A stretch of 64,000 nucleotides of DNA from a virus, in the IMG/VR virus record IMGVR_UViG_3300006046_000002, positions 1 to 64,000 of that record. One strand, 5' to 3'. Made by a program: the position numbers and the translations under genes. Under the pieces are notes generated by a model. The model was not told where the DNA came from. It did no database searches and worked only from the letters and a program-made list of their open reading frames with translations. Positions 51,610 to 59,789 of this stretch are shown piece after piece; positions within the stretch are counted from its first letter, which is position 1; each line of letters begins with the position of its first letter.

Positions 51610-51737
51610 TCATCGTTGTGTCCGGGCTCCGGTCCTTTGATGTAGTCAAGTGCGCACGACTTGTGAACCCATCGCACTTCACCCTCGTGCAGCAATCGAT
51701 GGCTCGCGCCTTCTTCTCCGCAAAGGAAACAGATCAT
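51606..51737 (-). CDS. Small Cys/His protein (43 aa)
   Basis: Internal start MICFLCGEEGASHRLLHEGEVRWVHKSCALDY, overlapping the upstream stop by 1 nt (TGATG). Confidence 0.35.
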   Translation of the reverse strand: MICFLCGEEGASHRLLHEGEVRWVHKSCALDYIKGPEPGHNDD

Positions 51738-51937
51738 CAGTCGTAGTTGTGATGCGGTGATGGCTGAAACTGCGTGCGGGAGAGTGGCGCATACCGCATG
51801 AAATACTCGCGCAGATTCGCTTGCTCGGCATCCGTGAGTTGACGCGAGTAGAACAAGACCTGCACGGTTTGATTCTCTGATGTGACGACCGTGACCCATG
51901 TTCCTTCGCCGAGGAGACGATCGAGTGCATCATACAT
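51737..51937 (-). CDS. Hypothetical protein (66 aa)
   Basis: ORF only, tightly coupled at both ends. Confidence 0.4.
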   Translation of the reverse strand: MYDALDRLLGEGTWVTVVTSENQTVQVLFYSRQLTDAEQANLREYFMRYAPLSRTQFQPSPHHNYD

Positions 51938-52485
51938 CAGGCGACCTCGCTCAGTAATTCTTTCGATGCGCGTGCCAACTTTCGTGGGAGCAACTCTCGC
52001 GGATGCAGCGGCAATGGTTTCGGAATCCGCAATGACGGATCAACGGCGTCGATGTACGCGAGCATCCACTTCCGATGAATCGCGCGGATCGACGAAATGA
52101 TCTGTGTCCGTTCTTTCAATCCCTTGACGCGCTTCTTGCCGATCGCGCCATGGGTTCGTTGCCGATTCAGGTAGTATGCGCCTTCCAACGTTTTCAGCAC
52201 GGAGAAATCCGCCCCTTCCTTCTTCGACATCCAGATCTCCGGATGATGCGTGTATTTCGCAGCCCATCGAATCAGCGTCCGCTCAATCTCGAGAATGCGT
52301 GCGACACACTGCCACTTCTCACGCCGTCGCTTCTTCTCGATGATGGTCGCTCGCTCATTCTTCCAGTTCACGCGTCGCGTGCAGACATGATAGCGCGCGT
52401 GCGCATGAACCCACGCCGTGATGAGACGCTTGACTGCACGATCGTCGATCAGTTCGTCCGGAATCTCAATCGGTTTGGTTTTCAT
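51937..52485 (-). CDS. Hypothetical basic protein (182 aa)
   Basis: ORF only. Confidence 0.45.
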   Translation of the reverse strand: MKTKPIEIPDELIDDRAVKRLITAWVHAHARYHVCTRRVNWKNERATIIEKKRRREKWQCVARILEIERTLIRWAAKYTHHPEIWMSKKEGADFSVLKTLEGAYYLNRQRTHGAIGKKRVKGLKERTQIISSIRAIHRKWMLAYIDAVDPSLRIPKPLPLHPRELLPRKLARASKELLSEVA

Positions 52486-52778
52486 ATCATGTAGTCCGGC
52501 GGAGGCTTGTCGTGAGATGTGTCGTCATGTACGGGCCATGGGACATCGACGCTGATCCAGTGCGGTTGGAGTCGTTGGAGTCCCGGCGTGCCGAAGATGA
52601 GATCGGCGCCCTCGGCGATTTTCTTGCGCTCTGCATCGTTCAGGCGATACCGGATGATCCGCGTGATGTTGCCTTGCAGATCTTCCACGAGACACGCGCG
52701 GACCGAGACGAAATCGAGTTGATCTTCCGCGATGTCGAATTCATCTGCGCCTGGGATGTTCGGTGAGACTGATCTCAT
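52482..52778 (-). CDS. Hypothetical protein (98 aa)
   Basis: Start at MRSVSPNIPG via ATGA overlap with the upstream stop. Confidence 0.4.
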   Translation of the reverse strand: MRSVSPNIPGADEFDIAEDQLDFVSVRACLVEDLQGNITRIIRYRLNDAERKKIAEGADLIFGTPGLQRLQPHWISVDVPWPVHDDTSHDKPPPDYMI

Positions 52779-53035
52779 GGATGCCGCTCCTTCCAGATCT
52801 TCATGATCACATCGCCGTGACACTTCCGCGGTTTGCAATGACAGCCGAGGATATCGTCTTTCTTCAGCTGATCAATCGCGTGGAGCATGCCCTCGTTTGA
52901 CCGGGCGAATTTCTCGAATTTCTTGATGACCTGAATCCGTGTACCATCTTCGCCGATGATGAACGGATTGCCGTAGATGGTGGGACGGCCGATGTAGACC
53001 GTATGAATGCGATGCTTGACATGCGTCACCTTCAT
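52775..53035 (-). CDS. DUF4326-like protein
   Basis: VYIGRPTIYGNPF...ILGCHCKPRKCHGDVI matches the DUF4326 pattern. Confidence 0.6.
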   Translation of the reverse strand: MKVTHVKHRIHTVYIGRPTIYGNPFIIGEDGTRIQVIKKFEKFARSNEGMLHAIDQLKKDDILGCHCKPRKCHGDVIMKIWKERHP

Positions 53036-53038
53036 GAC

Positions 53039-53194
53039 TCACCATCCTCGCACGAAATTCAGGTGATAGTAGAACAGTTCCATCAATCGGGCATCGTGCT
53101 CCGGTGTGGCCGTATGGGTGAAGATCGTGCAAATCGCCCCGAAGATGACATCGTTCACCAGGAGCAGGGCGGTGAGATGCGTCTTGCTCGTCAT
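53039..53194 (-). CDS. Small membrane protein (51 aa)
   Basis: Start at MTSKTHLTALLLVNDVIFGAICTIF via ATGA overlap. Confidence 0.35.
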   Translation of the reverse strand: MTSKTHLTALLLVNDVIFGAICTIFTHTATPEHDARLMELFYYHLNFVRGW

Positions 53195-53790
53195 ACGAGT
53201 TCGCGTCGCGTGTTCTTTATCTCCATTCCACACTTCTCCCACCAATTCTCAACGGAACGATGCAGCGCGCATGGTCCGTCTGGTCCACATCCGCACTCGG
53301 CGGTCTTGATGAACTGACGTTCGGTCGGTGGCGGAGAGGAGACGAAGATCGGCTCGTAGAGACAGAGCATCTGCCCCGTGGCGCGGACATGGACGGACAG
53401 CGCGTAGATCTTGTTGAGTGACAGACCATCGCGGGTGAACGTGAATTGCCCGAGATCAGTGGCGACGACGACGAGTCGTGTGCTGCAATCCCGATGATTA
53501 TCATCGCCCATGATTGCGACGACTTTTCCTGGCATGAAATGCTGATCGCGTGGATACATCGTCTTGAAATCGGGCTGAATGGTGACCCAGACCGTGTCGC
53601 TGATCTGAATCGCGTTGAACTCGCCGTGCAGGATTTTCGTGCGAAACGATCGTGGATTATCAGTGGCGCCGACCATATCGTGTACTCTCCTTCGTGTGTC
53701 TTCAGGTGATGTGTCGCGGAGATCGACGATCACATGGATTCCTCCGATTGATGATTTGAGGGGGGGGCAATCTGGCGCGTGACACAACAT
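53191..53790 (-). CDS. Hypothetical protein, first gene of the 39.5-53.8 kb leftward block
   Basis: Coordinates use the first ATG (MLCHAPDCPP). The ORF is open to a TTG at 53814, so the start is uncertain. Confidence 0.45.
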   Translation of the reverse strand: MLCHAPDCPPLKSSIGGIHVIVDLRDTSPEDTRRRVHDMVGATDNPRSFRTKILHGEFNAIQISDTVWVTIQPDFKTMYPRDQHFMPGKVVAIMGDDNHRDCSTRLVVVATDLGQFTFTRDGLSLNKIYALSVHVRATGQMLCLYEPIFVSSPPPTERQFIKTAECGCGPDGPCALHRSVENWWEKCGMEIKNTRRELV

Positions 53791-53810
53791 ACACTGACCC
53801 GTCCGCGTTG

Positions 53811-53850
53811 GCAACAGAGGCTAAGTTGTTGGTATTGCATGCACTTACGG
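53811..53850. repeat. Conserved ~40-nt element, copy Y (partner at 39446-39484)
   Basis: The - strand reads CCGTAAGTGC N10 AACAACTTAGCC N3 TTGC, directly upstream of the first leftward gene. Confidence 0.65.
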
Positions 53851-53870
53851 GGCAAGGTAGGGGCACGACC

Positions 53871-53908
53871 GTAGCAGACAGCCGGAAATGTCACCGTTTG
53901 TCTGCTAC
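53871..53908. other. Perfect 10-bp inverted repeat GTAGCAGACA N18 TGTCTGCTAC
   Basis: Arms at 53871-53880 and 53899-53908, inside the divergent control region. Confidence 0.7.
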
Positions 53909-54112
53909 CGGATTGCTGATGAATCGCTGAATCATGTGCGATCGTCTCATGTACGATGTAGCAGAAAGATCATGCGTTCTAAATGAAGGTGTGCGTTGAG
54001 CGGAAATCACTGATCTGGATTGAGAGGAGTGGAAAATCGGCCCCGTGATCACGTGATTCCCCATATGGGAGATGGAGGACGGGGCGTGAAGTTGAGGGTG
54101 TGCGAAAGATGT

Positions 54113-54124
54113 CCCTATAGGGGG
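54113..54124 (+). promoter_or_regulatory. CCCTATAGGGGG, a shortened + oriented relative of the promoter-like motif
   Basis: Contains the palindrome CCCTATAGGG. Lies exactly 100 nt upstream of the second copy at 54213. Confidence 0.3.
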
Positions 54125-54212
54125 AATTTGTGCTACCTGAAGTGGAGTTATATGCGTGAAAAGGCCCGGTATTACTATATATTATCTTTGATCTATATCA
54201 CTCAAAAATACG

Positions 54213-54225
54213 CCCTATAGGAGAA
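54213..54225 (+). promoter_or_regulatory. CCCTATAGGAGAA, a shortened + oriented relative of the promoter-like motif
   Basis: Matches the consensus CCCTA(CTA)TAGGAG minus 3 nt. Preceded by an AT-rich stretch and located 228 nt upstream of the small terminase start. Confidence 0.3.
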
Positions 54226-54452
54226 ACTTTACGGCGGGGCCAAATACCGGGGTATTCGTGCGTTTTTTGTATGATTCGGATCCGAAATCTCGATAACGGG
54301 TCCCTTGCGGAGGTCATTATATTACATCAGTCTGCAGAATGCCGTCCGCGGGAGGAGAGTGGGAGGGACACACCACTCCGAGTCTGCGTTGACGGGGCCG
54401 ATTTACGGGGCAGGTTTCGGGCGATAACATGCTACATTGAAGAGGATGTATA

Positions 54453-55136
54453 ATGCCGAGCGACGAGACAATTGAAGCACCGATGGATGAGAAGTCTGCG
54501 TCGGGTCTCGCTCGCTCGATCTACGCTGACTTCAGCATCTGGCGAAAGAAGAAGTCTGCACCGAAGTGGCATCCCGTGAAGAAGATGCGATATGTCTTCT
54601 TCCGCATGATTGATGGTTGCACCATTCAGGATGCGATCAAGGAGATTCAGTGGAGTGCGAGTGAGTTCTGGCATCTGCTCGATCTCAAGCGGAATGCACC
54701 ATTCGAGATGGAATACAAGCGTGCGAAGAAACTCCATGCGCGCGCGGTAGCAGATACGGTGCAAGCGATTGCTGAAGGACGAGACAAGACGACGAAACGT
54801 CAACTCATCAAGCAGCAGAAGTTGATCAAGAAAGCACTGCGTCGGGCGAGCAAGCAGAAAACGAGCCTCGGCGCGAAGGCGATCATCGAAGATCTCATGA
54901 ATCGCCTGAATGAGAATGACACGAAGATCATCGCGCGAAACAAACTGCAGATCGATGCGGCGAAGTGGATTGCCAAGGCATCGAATCCTGCAGAGTTCGG
55001 CGAGAAACAGAGCGTCTTGCTCGGCGGTGCCGATCCTACCCTTGACGGGGCCGTTCGTCCAATCACGATTCAGTTCGTTGCACCCGATGGTTCAGTCGTT
55101 CATCCAATCGACGCAATCAAGGAGACGAATCCATGA
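54453..55136 (+). CDS. Terminase small subunit
   Basis: Lies just upstream of the large terminase. The segment ARNKLQIDAAKWIAKASNPAEFGEK resembles conserved small-terminase cores. AGAGGA lies upstream of the ATG. Confidence 0.6.
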   Translation: MPSDETIEAPMDEKSASGLARSIYADFSIWRKKKSAPKWHPVKKMRYVFFRMIDGCTIQDAIKEIQWSASEFWHLLDLKRNAPFEMEYKRAKKLHARAVADTVQAIAEGRDKTTKRQLIKQQKLIKKALRRASKQKTSLGAKAIIEDLMNRLNENDTKIIARNKLQIDAAKWIAKASNPAEFGEKQSVLLGGADPTLDGAVRPITIQFVAPDGSVVHPIDAIKETNP

Positions 55137-55393
55137 AGATCGGCGAAAAGCTGCTCGGCATTCGTCTGTACTTGATGCGAGACGATTGGTCCGATCTCGA
55201 GGAGGGATGCTACTGTCAATTGCCGAATGGCGACTGGGCGATTCATCCGCCCGGCAGTCCGTACGGCACACTCTCGAAAGATGTGCATCGCATCGAAGAA
55301 CACGAGGATGGCGCGATCACGGTGTCGCCCTCGATTCTCAGTCATGGATGGCATGGCTATCTCACACATGGAGTCTGGGAGCGAGTCCAGTGA
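55133..55393 (+). CDS. Hypothetical protein (86 aa)
   Basis: ATGA coupling with GGAG upstream. Confidence 0.45.
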   Translation: MKIGEKLLGIRLYLMRDDWSDLEEGCYCQLPNGDWAIHPPGSPYGTLSKDVHRIEEHEDGAITVSPSILSHGWHGYLTHGVWERVQ

Positions 55394-55572
55394 AACCCGT
55401 GAAATCACTTGAGCAGCGTCGCGTTGAATTGATCGAGATGCTCGGCGAAGCGACGGTCATCCAGATGGAGAAAGAATTCGACGAGTACATGATCTATGGG
55501 ACGCGACGATCACAAGAGAATCCGGCACCGCTCACGGGAATCTTTGATTCACCGAAGGAATCCAAGACATGA
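55390..55572 (+). CDS. Hypothetical protein (60 aa, GTG start)
   Basis: GTGA overlap with the upstream stop and ATGA overlap with the terminase start. Confidence 0.35.
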   Translation: MKPVKSLEQRRVELIEMLGEATVIQMEKEFDEYMIYGTRRSQENPAPLTGIFDSPKESKT

Positions 55573-57155
55573 CAGTCTCGCAGCGAAAGAAGCGGAAACG
55601 CACTGATCTGCGCATCGCTGCGAAAGTGATGCCGACTGAAGGAGCAACATTGCTCCCGATGTACGGCGCGAATCTGTGGATTCCGCATCGGTACAAGATC
55701 ATTTACGGTGGACGAGGCGGCGCTCGGTCATGGACCGTTGCTCGTGCACTTCTGTTGATGGCAGCACAGAGTAAGATTCGTGTACTGTGTACGCGCGAGA
55801 TGCAGTCGTCCATCAAGGACTCAGTCCATCAGTTGCTGACTGATCAGATTGAGTTGATGCATCTTGATGGATTCACGGTGACTGATCGTGAGATTCGACA
55901 CACGAACGGATCACTGTTCATCTTCAAGGGACTGCGTCACAACACGACGGCGATCAAGTCACTTGAAGCAGTCGACATCTGTTGGGTCGAAGAAGCGGAA
56001 CGCATCACGAAAGAATCGTGGTCCATTCTCATTCCAACGATTCGAAAGAAAGGCTCCGAGATCTGGGTCACGTTCAACCCTGATCAGGAGACTGATGCCA
56101 CATACACGCGATTCATTCTCAATTCGCCGAAGGATACGTGGAAGTACAAAGCCGGATGGCAAGAGAATCCGTGGTTGAGTGAAGAGCTGCGCAATGAGAA
56201 GGACTACATGTATTCGACCGACCCAGAAGGAGCAGAATGGGTCTGGGGCGGAAACATCCGTCGTATCTCAGCCGCGCAGATTCTGAAGAACAAGTGGGTG
56301 ATCGAAGAGTTCAAGGTGCCGCACATCATGGACGCGACAGGACAGCGCGTTCCGTTGTGGGACGGTCCGTATCAGGGACAAGATTTCGGTTTCGGGACTG
56401 ATCCAGCAGCCGGAGTCCGCCTGTGGATTCACAATCGCACCCTCTATGTGGAGTACGAAGCATGGAAGCTGCAACTCGAGATCGACGAAACCGCACGATT
56501 CTTCAACGAACAGATTCCGGGATTCAGCAAGTACACGACACGAGCGGACTCCTCTCGGCCCGACAGTATCTCGTTCTTGCGACGACATGGCGTCCCGAAC
56601 ATTCGTCCCGCGAAGAAACACGCTGGCTCGGTTGCGGATGGTATTGCGCACCTTCGGTCGTATGAGAAGATCGTCATCCATCCGCGATGCATTCACACCG
56701 CGACTGAAGCGAAACTCTACTCGTACAAAGTTGATCCGCGCTCAGGTGATGTGCTCCCGATCATTGTCGACAAGCACAATCACTTGATTGACTCGATGCG
56801 CTATGCACTCGATCCGTTGATCAAGCCACGACGCGGCATGTCGTTCGACTTTCTGGACGACACCGACACACAACTCGTCTGTCCAGAATGCGAGTCGCTC
56901 TTACCCGATGATGGTGAGTGTCCGCACTGCGGATGGATGCGTGATCTCAGTGAGGACCCGCCGATCGAGACTGATCTGGTGCCCGTGACGGGTGAGCGTG
57001 ACGAGGTGATTGAGGAGATCATCGAAGATCTGCCGATGATTGACACGCGACCGACGAAACAGAACGGGAATGGGAACGGGAATGGCCATCATCATGGGAA
57101 CGGGAACGGCGATCGCTTCGCTCGGTTGAGAGGACTCAACGATGCCGACGTTTGA
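55569..57155 (+). CDS. Terminase large subunit (PBSX/Terminase_3-like) with C-terminal zinc-ribbon and Asn-Gly/His tail
   Basis: Walker A-like [10 protein letters not shown]. Nuclease-domain pattern [15 protein letters not shown]-terminal extension [19 protein letters not shown] ... [16 protein letters not shown]. Confidence 0.85.
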   Translation: MTVSQRKKRKRTDLRIAAKVMPTEGATLLPMYGANLWIPHRYKIIYGGRGGARSWTVARALLLMAAQSKIRVLCTREMQSSIKDSVHQLLTDQIELMHLDGFTVTDREIRHTNGSLFIFKGLRHNTTAIKSLEAVDICWVEEAERITKESWSILIPTIRKKGSEIWVTFNPDQETDATYTRFILNSPKDTWKYKAGWQENPWLSEELRNEKDYMYSTDPEGAEWVWGGNIRRISAAQILKNKWVIEEFKVPHIMDATGQRVPLWDGPYQGQDFGFGTDPAAGVRLWIHNRTLYVEYEAWKLQLEIDETARFFNEQIPGFSKYTTRADSSRPDSISFLRRHGVPNIRPAKKHAGSVADGIAHLRSYEKIVIHPRCIHTATEAKLYSYKVDPRSGDVLPIIVDKHNHLIDSMRYALDPLIKPRRGMSFDFLDDTDTQLVCPECESLLPDDGECPHCGWMRDLSEDPPIETDLVPVTGERDEVIEEIIEDLPMIDTRPTKQNGNGNGNGHHHGNGNGDRFARLRGLNDADV

Positions 57156-59766
57156 TTATGCGAACAAGTACATCAAGCGATGTAATGTCTGGCAGGGAGA
57201 AGAACAGCACTGGCGCGACACGAATCCGGTGCTCGACCCGATGGACGTCGCAATCTGTTCGGACACACACGATGTGAAAGTCGGCAACGGTCTCGATCCA
57301 TGGACGGCGCTTCCGTATCTCAATATCACAGAAGGCGAGAACATCTTTGAAGGATCGACATGGCGCACTGCGAATGGTGTCCCATCGAATGGCATTGGTC
57401 AGGATGGTGACTTCTATCTCGACGCGACGAACGGCGATGTTTATCACCGAGTGAACGGAAGCTATGTCATCGAAGCGAACATCCGCGGAGCGAAAGGTAA
57501 TCGCGGAGATCAAGGCGACGTTGGACCACGAGGACCCGAAGGACCGCTCGGATCAGAAGGTCCGCGCGGTGCAGTTGGACCAAGTGGCCCGCAAGGACCA
57601 CAAGGTATTCAGGGTCCATCACTCGCCGGACCGAAAGGTGACAAGGGCGATCGCGGACCGACGGGCGTGCAAGGATACACCGGACCACAAGGACCTCGCG
57701 GACTCGTCGGCGCAGACGGACCTCCCGGTTCGCCGGGCATTCAAGGAGTGCAAGGCAATGTCGGTGCTCCAGGACCTCAAGGCAATCCGGGACCGCAGGG
57801 ACCGAAGGGCGATCCGGGTGATCAGGGAACGCCCGGCACGCCCGGCGGACCAGAAGGACCGACCGGACCGCAAGGGCCTCAGGGTCCTCAAGGACTCATC
57901 GGGCTCACCGGACCGAGAGGACTCCAAGGTCCGCAGGGTGATCCGGGAGTTGATGGCAGTGATGGAGCGCAAGGTCCGCAAGGGATTCCGGGTGCTCAGG
58001 GACCGATTGGTCTCACTGGCGCGAAAGGTGATCAAGGCGATCAAGGACTTCAGGGCCCGAAAGGCAATACTGGAAACACCGGATTGCAAGGCATTCAGGG
58101 CGATCCAGGACCTCGCGGATTTCAGGGAATCACGGGCGATGCAGGACCTCTCGGTCCCCAAGGTCCGCAAGGTCCGAAAGGTGATCAGGGTGCGTCGGGA
58201 TCGCAGGGACTGACTGGTGCTCAGGGATTGCAGGGCAACGTCGGTCCTCAGGGGCCGAAAGGAGATCAAGGTGATCCGGGTCTCGACGGAACTGACGGAG
58301 CTGATGGTGCACCGGGCGCTCAGGGAATCCAGGGAATTCCTGGAACAGCGGGAGCCACAGGACCGCAAGGCATTCAAGGTCCGCAAGGAATCAAAGGCGA
58401 TACCGGAGACGTTGGGCCTCAAGGACTTCAGGGACCGAAAGGTGATACCGGATTGCAAGGAGTCCAAGGTGTCAAAGGCGACACTGGCGATATCGGCCCG
58501 CAGGGACCGCAAGGTGTGCAAGGCAATCCCGGAACGACCTCATGGACCGGAATCACTGACAAGCCCGCGACATTCGCGCCATCAGCACACACGCATGCCC
58601 CGACCGACATCACGGGCACCGCAGTCGTGGATGCTGATGCTCGACTCACCAACGCACGAGCTCCGACTGCTCACACACATGCTCCATCCGAGATCACTGG
58701 CACAGCGGTCATCACATCTGACGCTCGGCTGAGCGATGCTCGTACCCCTCTCGCGCATACCCATCCCGCTTCACAAATATCCGATGCGTCAGCCGTGGGC
58801 AAGACTCTGCTCATCGCTGCCGATCTTGCGGCCCAGAAGACTGCTCTGGCGTACACGAAATCAGATGTGGGACTCGCGAATGTTGACAATACATCGGATG
58901 CGAACAAACCAATATCGTCCGCGACACAGACCGCGCTGAATGGAAAGGCCGCATCATCGCACACGCATGCTCCGGCGGATGTCATCGGAACAGCCGTCAT
59001 CACGAGCGATGCACGACTCAGTGATGCGAGAGCGCCGACGGCGCACACGCACGCACCGAGTGAGATCACCGGAACGGCCGTCATTACATCGGATGCGAGA
59101 CTCTCGGATGCCCGAACTCCCACTGCCCATACTCATCCAGCATCGCAGATCTCTGATGCAACGACAGTCGGCAAGACTCTTCTTACTGCGGCAGATCTTG
59201 CAGCACAGAAAACAGCACTCGCCTATGTCAAAGGTGATGTTGGTCTCGGCAACGTTGACAACACGAGTGACGCGAATAAACCCGTCAGCACCGCGCAACA
59301 GACTGCTCTCAATCTGAAAGCGGATGCGACATCTGTTCCGAAGCATGTCACGAAACAATCGACGGCAGTCGCACTCGCGGCGAGTACGACGATCAATCTG
59401 CCGTTGCTGGATATCACGGTCCTCGCAGGTGAAGTGTGGACGTTGGACTACATGATTCCGTTCACTGTCAGTGGTGGCACGGTCGGATTGAAGCCGATCT
59501 TCACGCTGCCATCCGGTGCGACGGGACAGAAGCAAGTGTCCGGCACAGTCGCCTCAGTGACCGCGTACTCGTTCGCGTATGACGCGACTCCGGGCACCGC
59601 ATCAGCACTCGCTCTCGGCACAGCGTCATTCACCGGATATATCTACGTTCGTGCAACAATCACCATTGGAGCAACACCAGGAACCATTCGGATCGGTGTC
59701 ACGACTGGTGCATCCGCTGCAGGAAATCTCCTTCTTGGTGCCAGTGTCCTCGCCACGAAACAATAG
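57142..59766 (+). CDS. Collagen-like fibre protein with Mtd_N-like N-terminus and HTH(A/P) fibre repeats
   Basis: The N-terminal [23 protein letters not shown]...[16 protein letters not shown] resembles the Mtd_N / tail-fibre N-domain. About 349 aa of Gly-X-Y follow, then two ~124-aa repeats and a C-terminal beta-rich domain. Confidence 0.8.
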   Translation: MPTFDYANKYIKRCNVWQGEEQHWRDTNPVLDPMDVAICSDTHDVKVGNGLDPWTALPYLNITEGENIFEGSTWRTANGVPSNGIGQDGDFYLDATNGDVYHRVNGSYVIEANIRGAKGNRGDQGDVGPRGPEGPLGSEGPRGAVGPSGPQGPQGIQGPSLAGPKGDKGDRGPTGVQGYTGPQGPRGLVGADGPPGSPGIQGVQGNVGAPGPQGNPGPQGPKGDPGDQGTPGTPGGPEGPTGPQGPQGPQGLIGLTGPRGLQGPQGDPGVDGSDGAQGPQGIPGAQGPIGLTGAKGDQGDQGLQGPKGNTGNTGLQGIQGDPGPRGFQGITGDAGPLGPQGPQGPKGDQGASGSQGLTGAQGLQGNVGPQGPKGDQGDPGLDGTDGADGAPGAQGIQGIPGTAGATGPQGIQGPQGIKGDTGDVGPQGLQGPKGDTGLQGVQGVKGDTGDIGPQGPQGVQGNPGTTSWTGITDKPATFAPSAHTHAPTDITGTAVVDADARLTNARAPTAHTHAPSEITGTAVITSDARLSDARTPLAHTHPASQISDASAVGKTLLIAADLAAQKTALAYTKSDVGLANVDNTSDANKPISSATQTALNGKAASSHTHAPADVIGTAVITSDARLSDARAPTAHTHAPSEITGTAVITSDARLSDARTPTAHTHPASQISDATTVGKTLLTAADLAAQKTALAYVKGDVGLGNVDNTSDANKPVSTAQQTALNLKADATSVPKHVTKQSTAVALAASTTINLPLLDITVLAGEVWTLDYMIPFTVSGGTVGLKPIFTLPSGATGQKQVSGTVASVTAYSFAYDATPGTASALALGTASFTGYIYVRATITIGATPGTIRIGVTTGASAAGNLLLGASVLATKQ
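57487..58533 (+). repeat. Gly-X-Y collagen-like triplet repeat region (~349 codons)
   Basis: [22 protein letters not shown] ... [10 protein letters not shown], with one visible interruption (GPSLAGPKG). Confidence 0.9.
58589..59330 (+). repeat. Tandem 372-nt (124-aa) duplication in the fibre gene
   Basis: Unit starts are at 58589 and 58961 (HTHAP(T/A)D(I/V)(T/I)GTAV...). Each unit holds three HTH(A/P) motifs and ...GL(A/G)[11 protein letters not shown](I/V)S...TALN. Confidence 0.85.
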
Positions 59767-59789
59767 CTCCCACAATCGCCGAGACTCGC

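Noticed and set aside
54020-54453. ORFs 54020-54220 + and 54271-54453 + in the divergent control region.
   Set aside because: They have non-ATG or weak start context and odd composition. They overlap the palindromes and AT-rich promoter-like sequences. They are more likely non-coding, though a small regulator cannot be excluded.
57464-58732. Several 170-300 aa ORFs on both strands inside the collagen region (for example 57464-58213 +, 57619-58521 -, 58217-58732 +).
   Set aside because: The periodic GGN-NNN-NNN repeat keeps alternative frames open. Only the Gly-X-Y frame gives a coherent protein continuous with the flanking domains.
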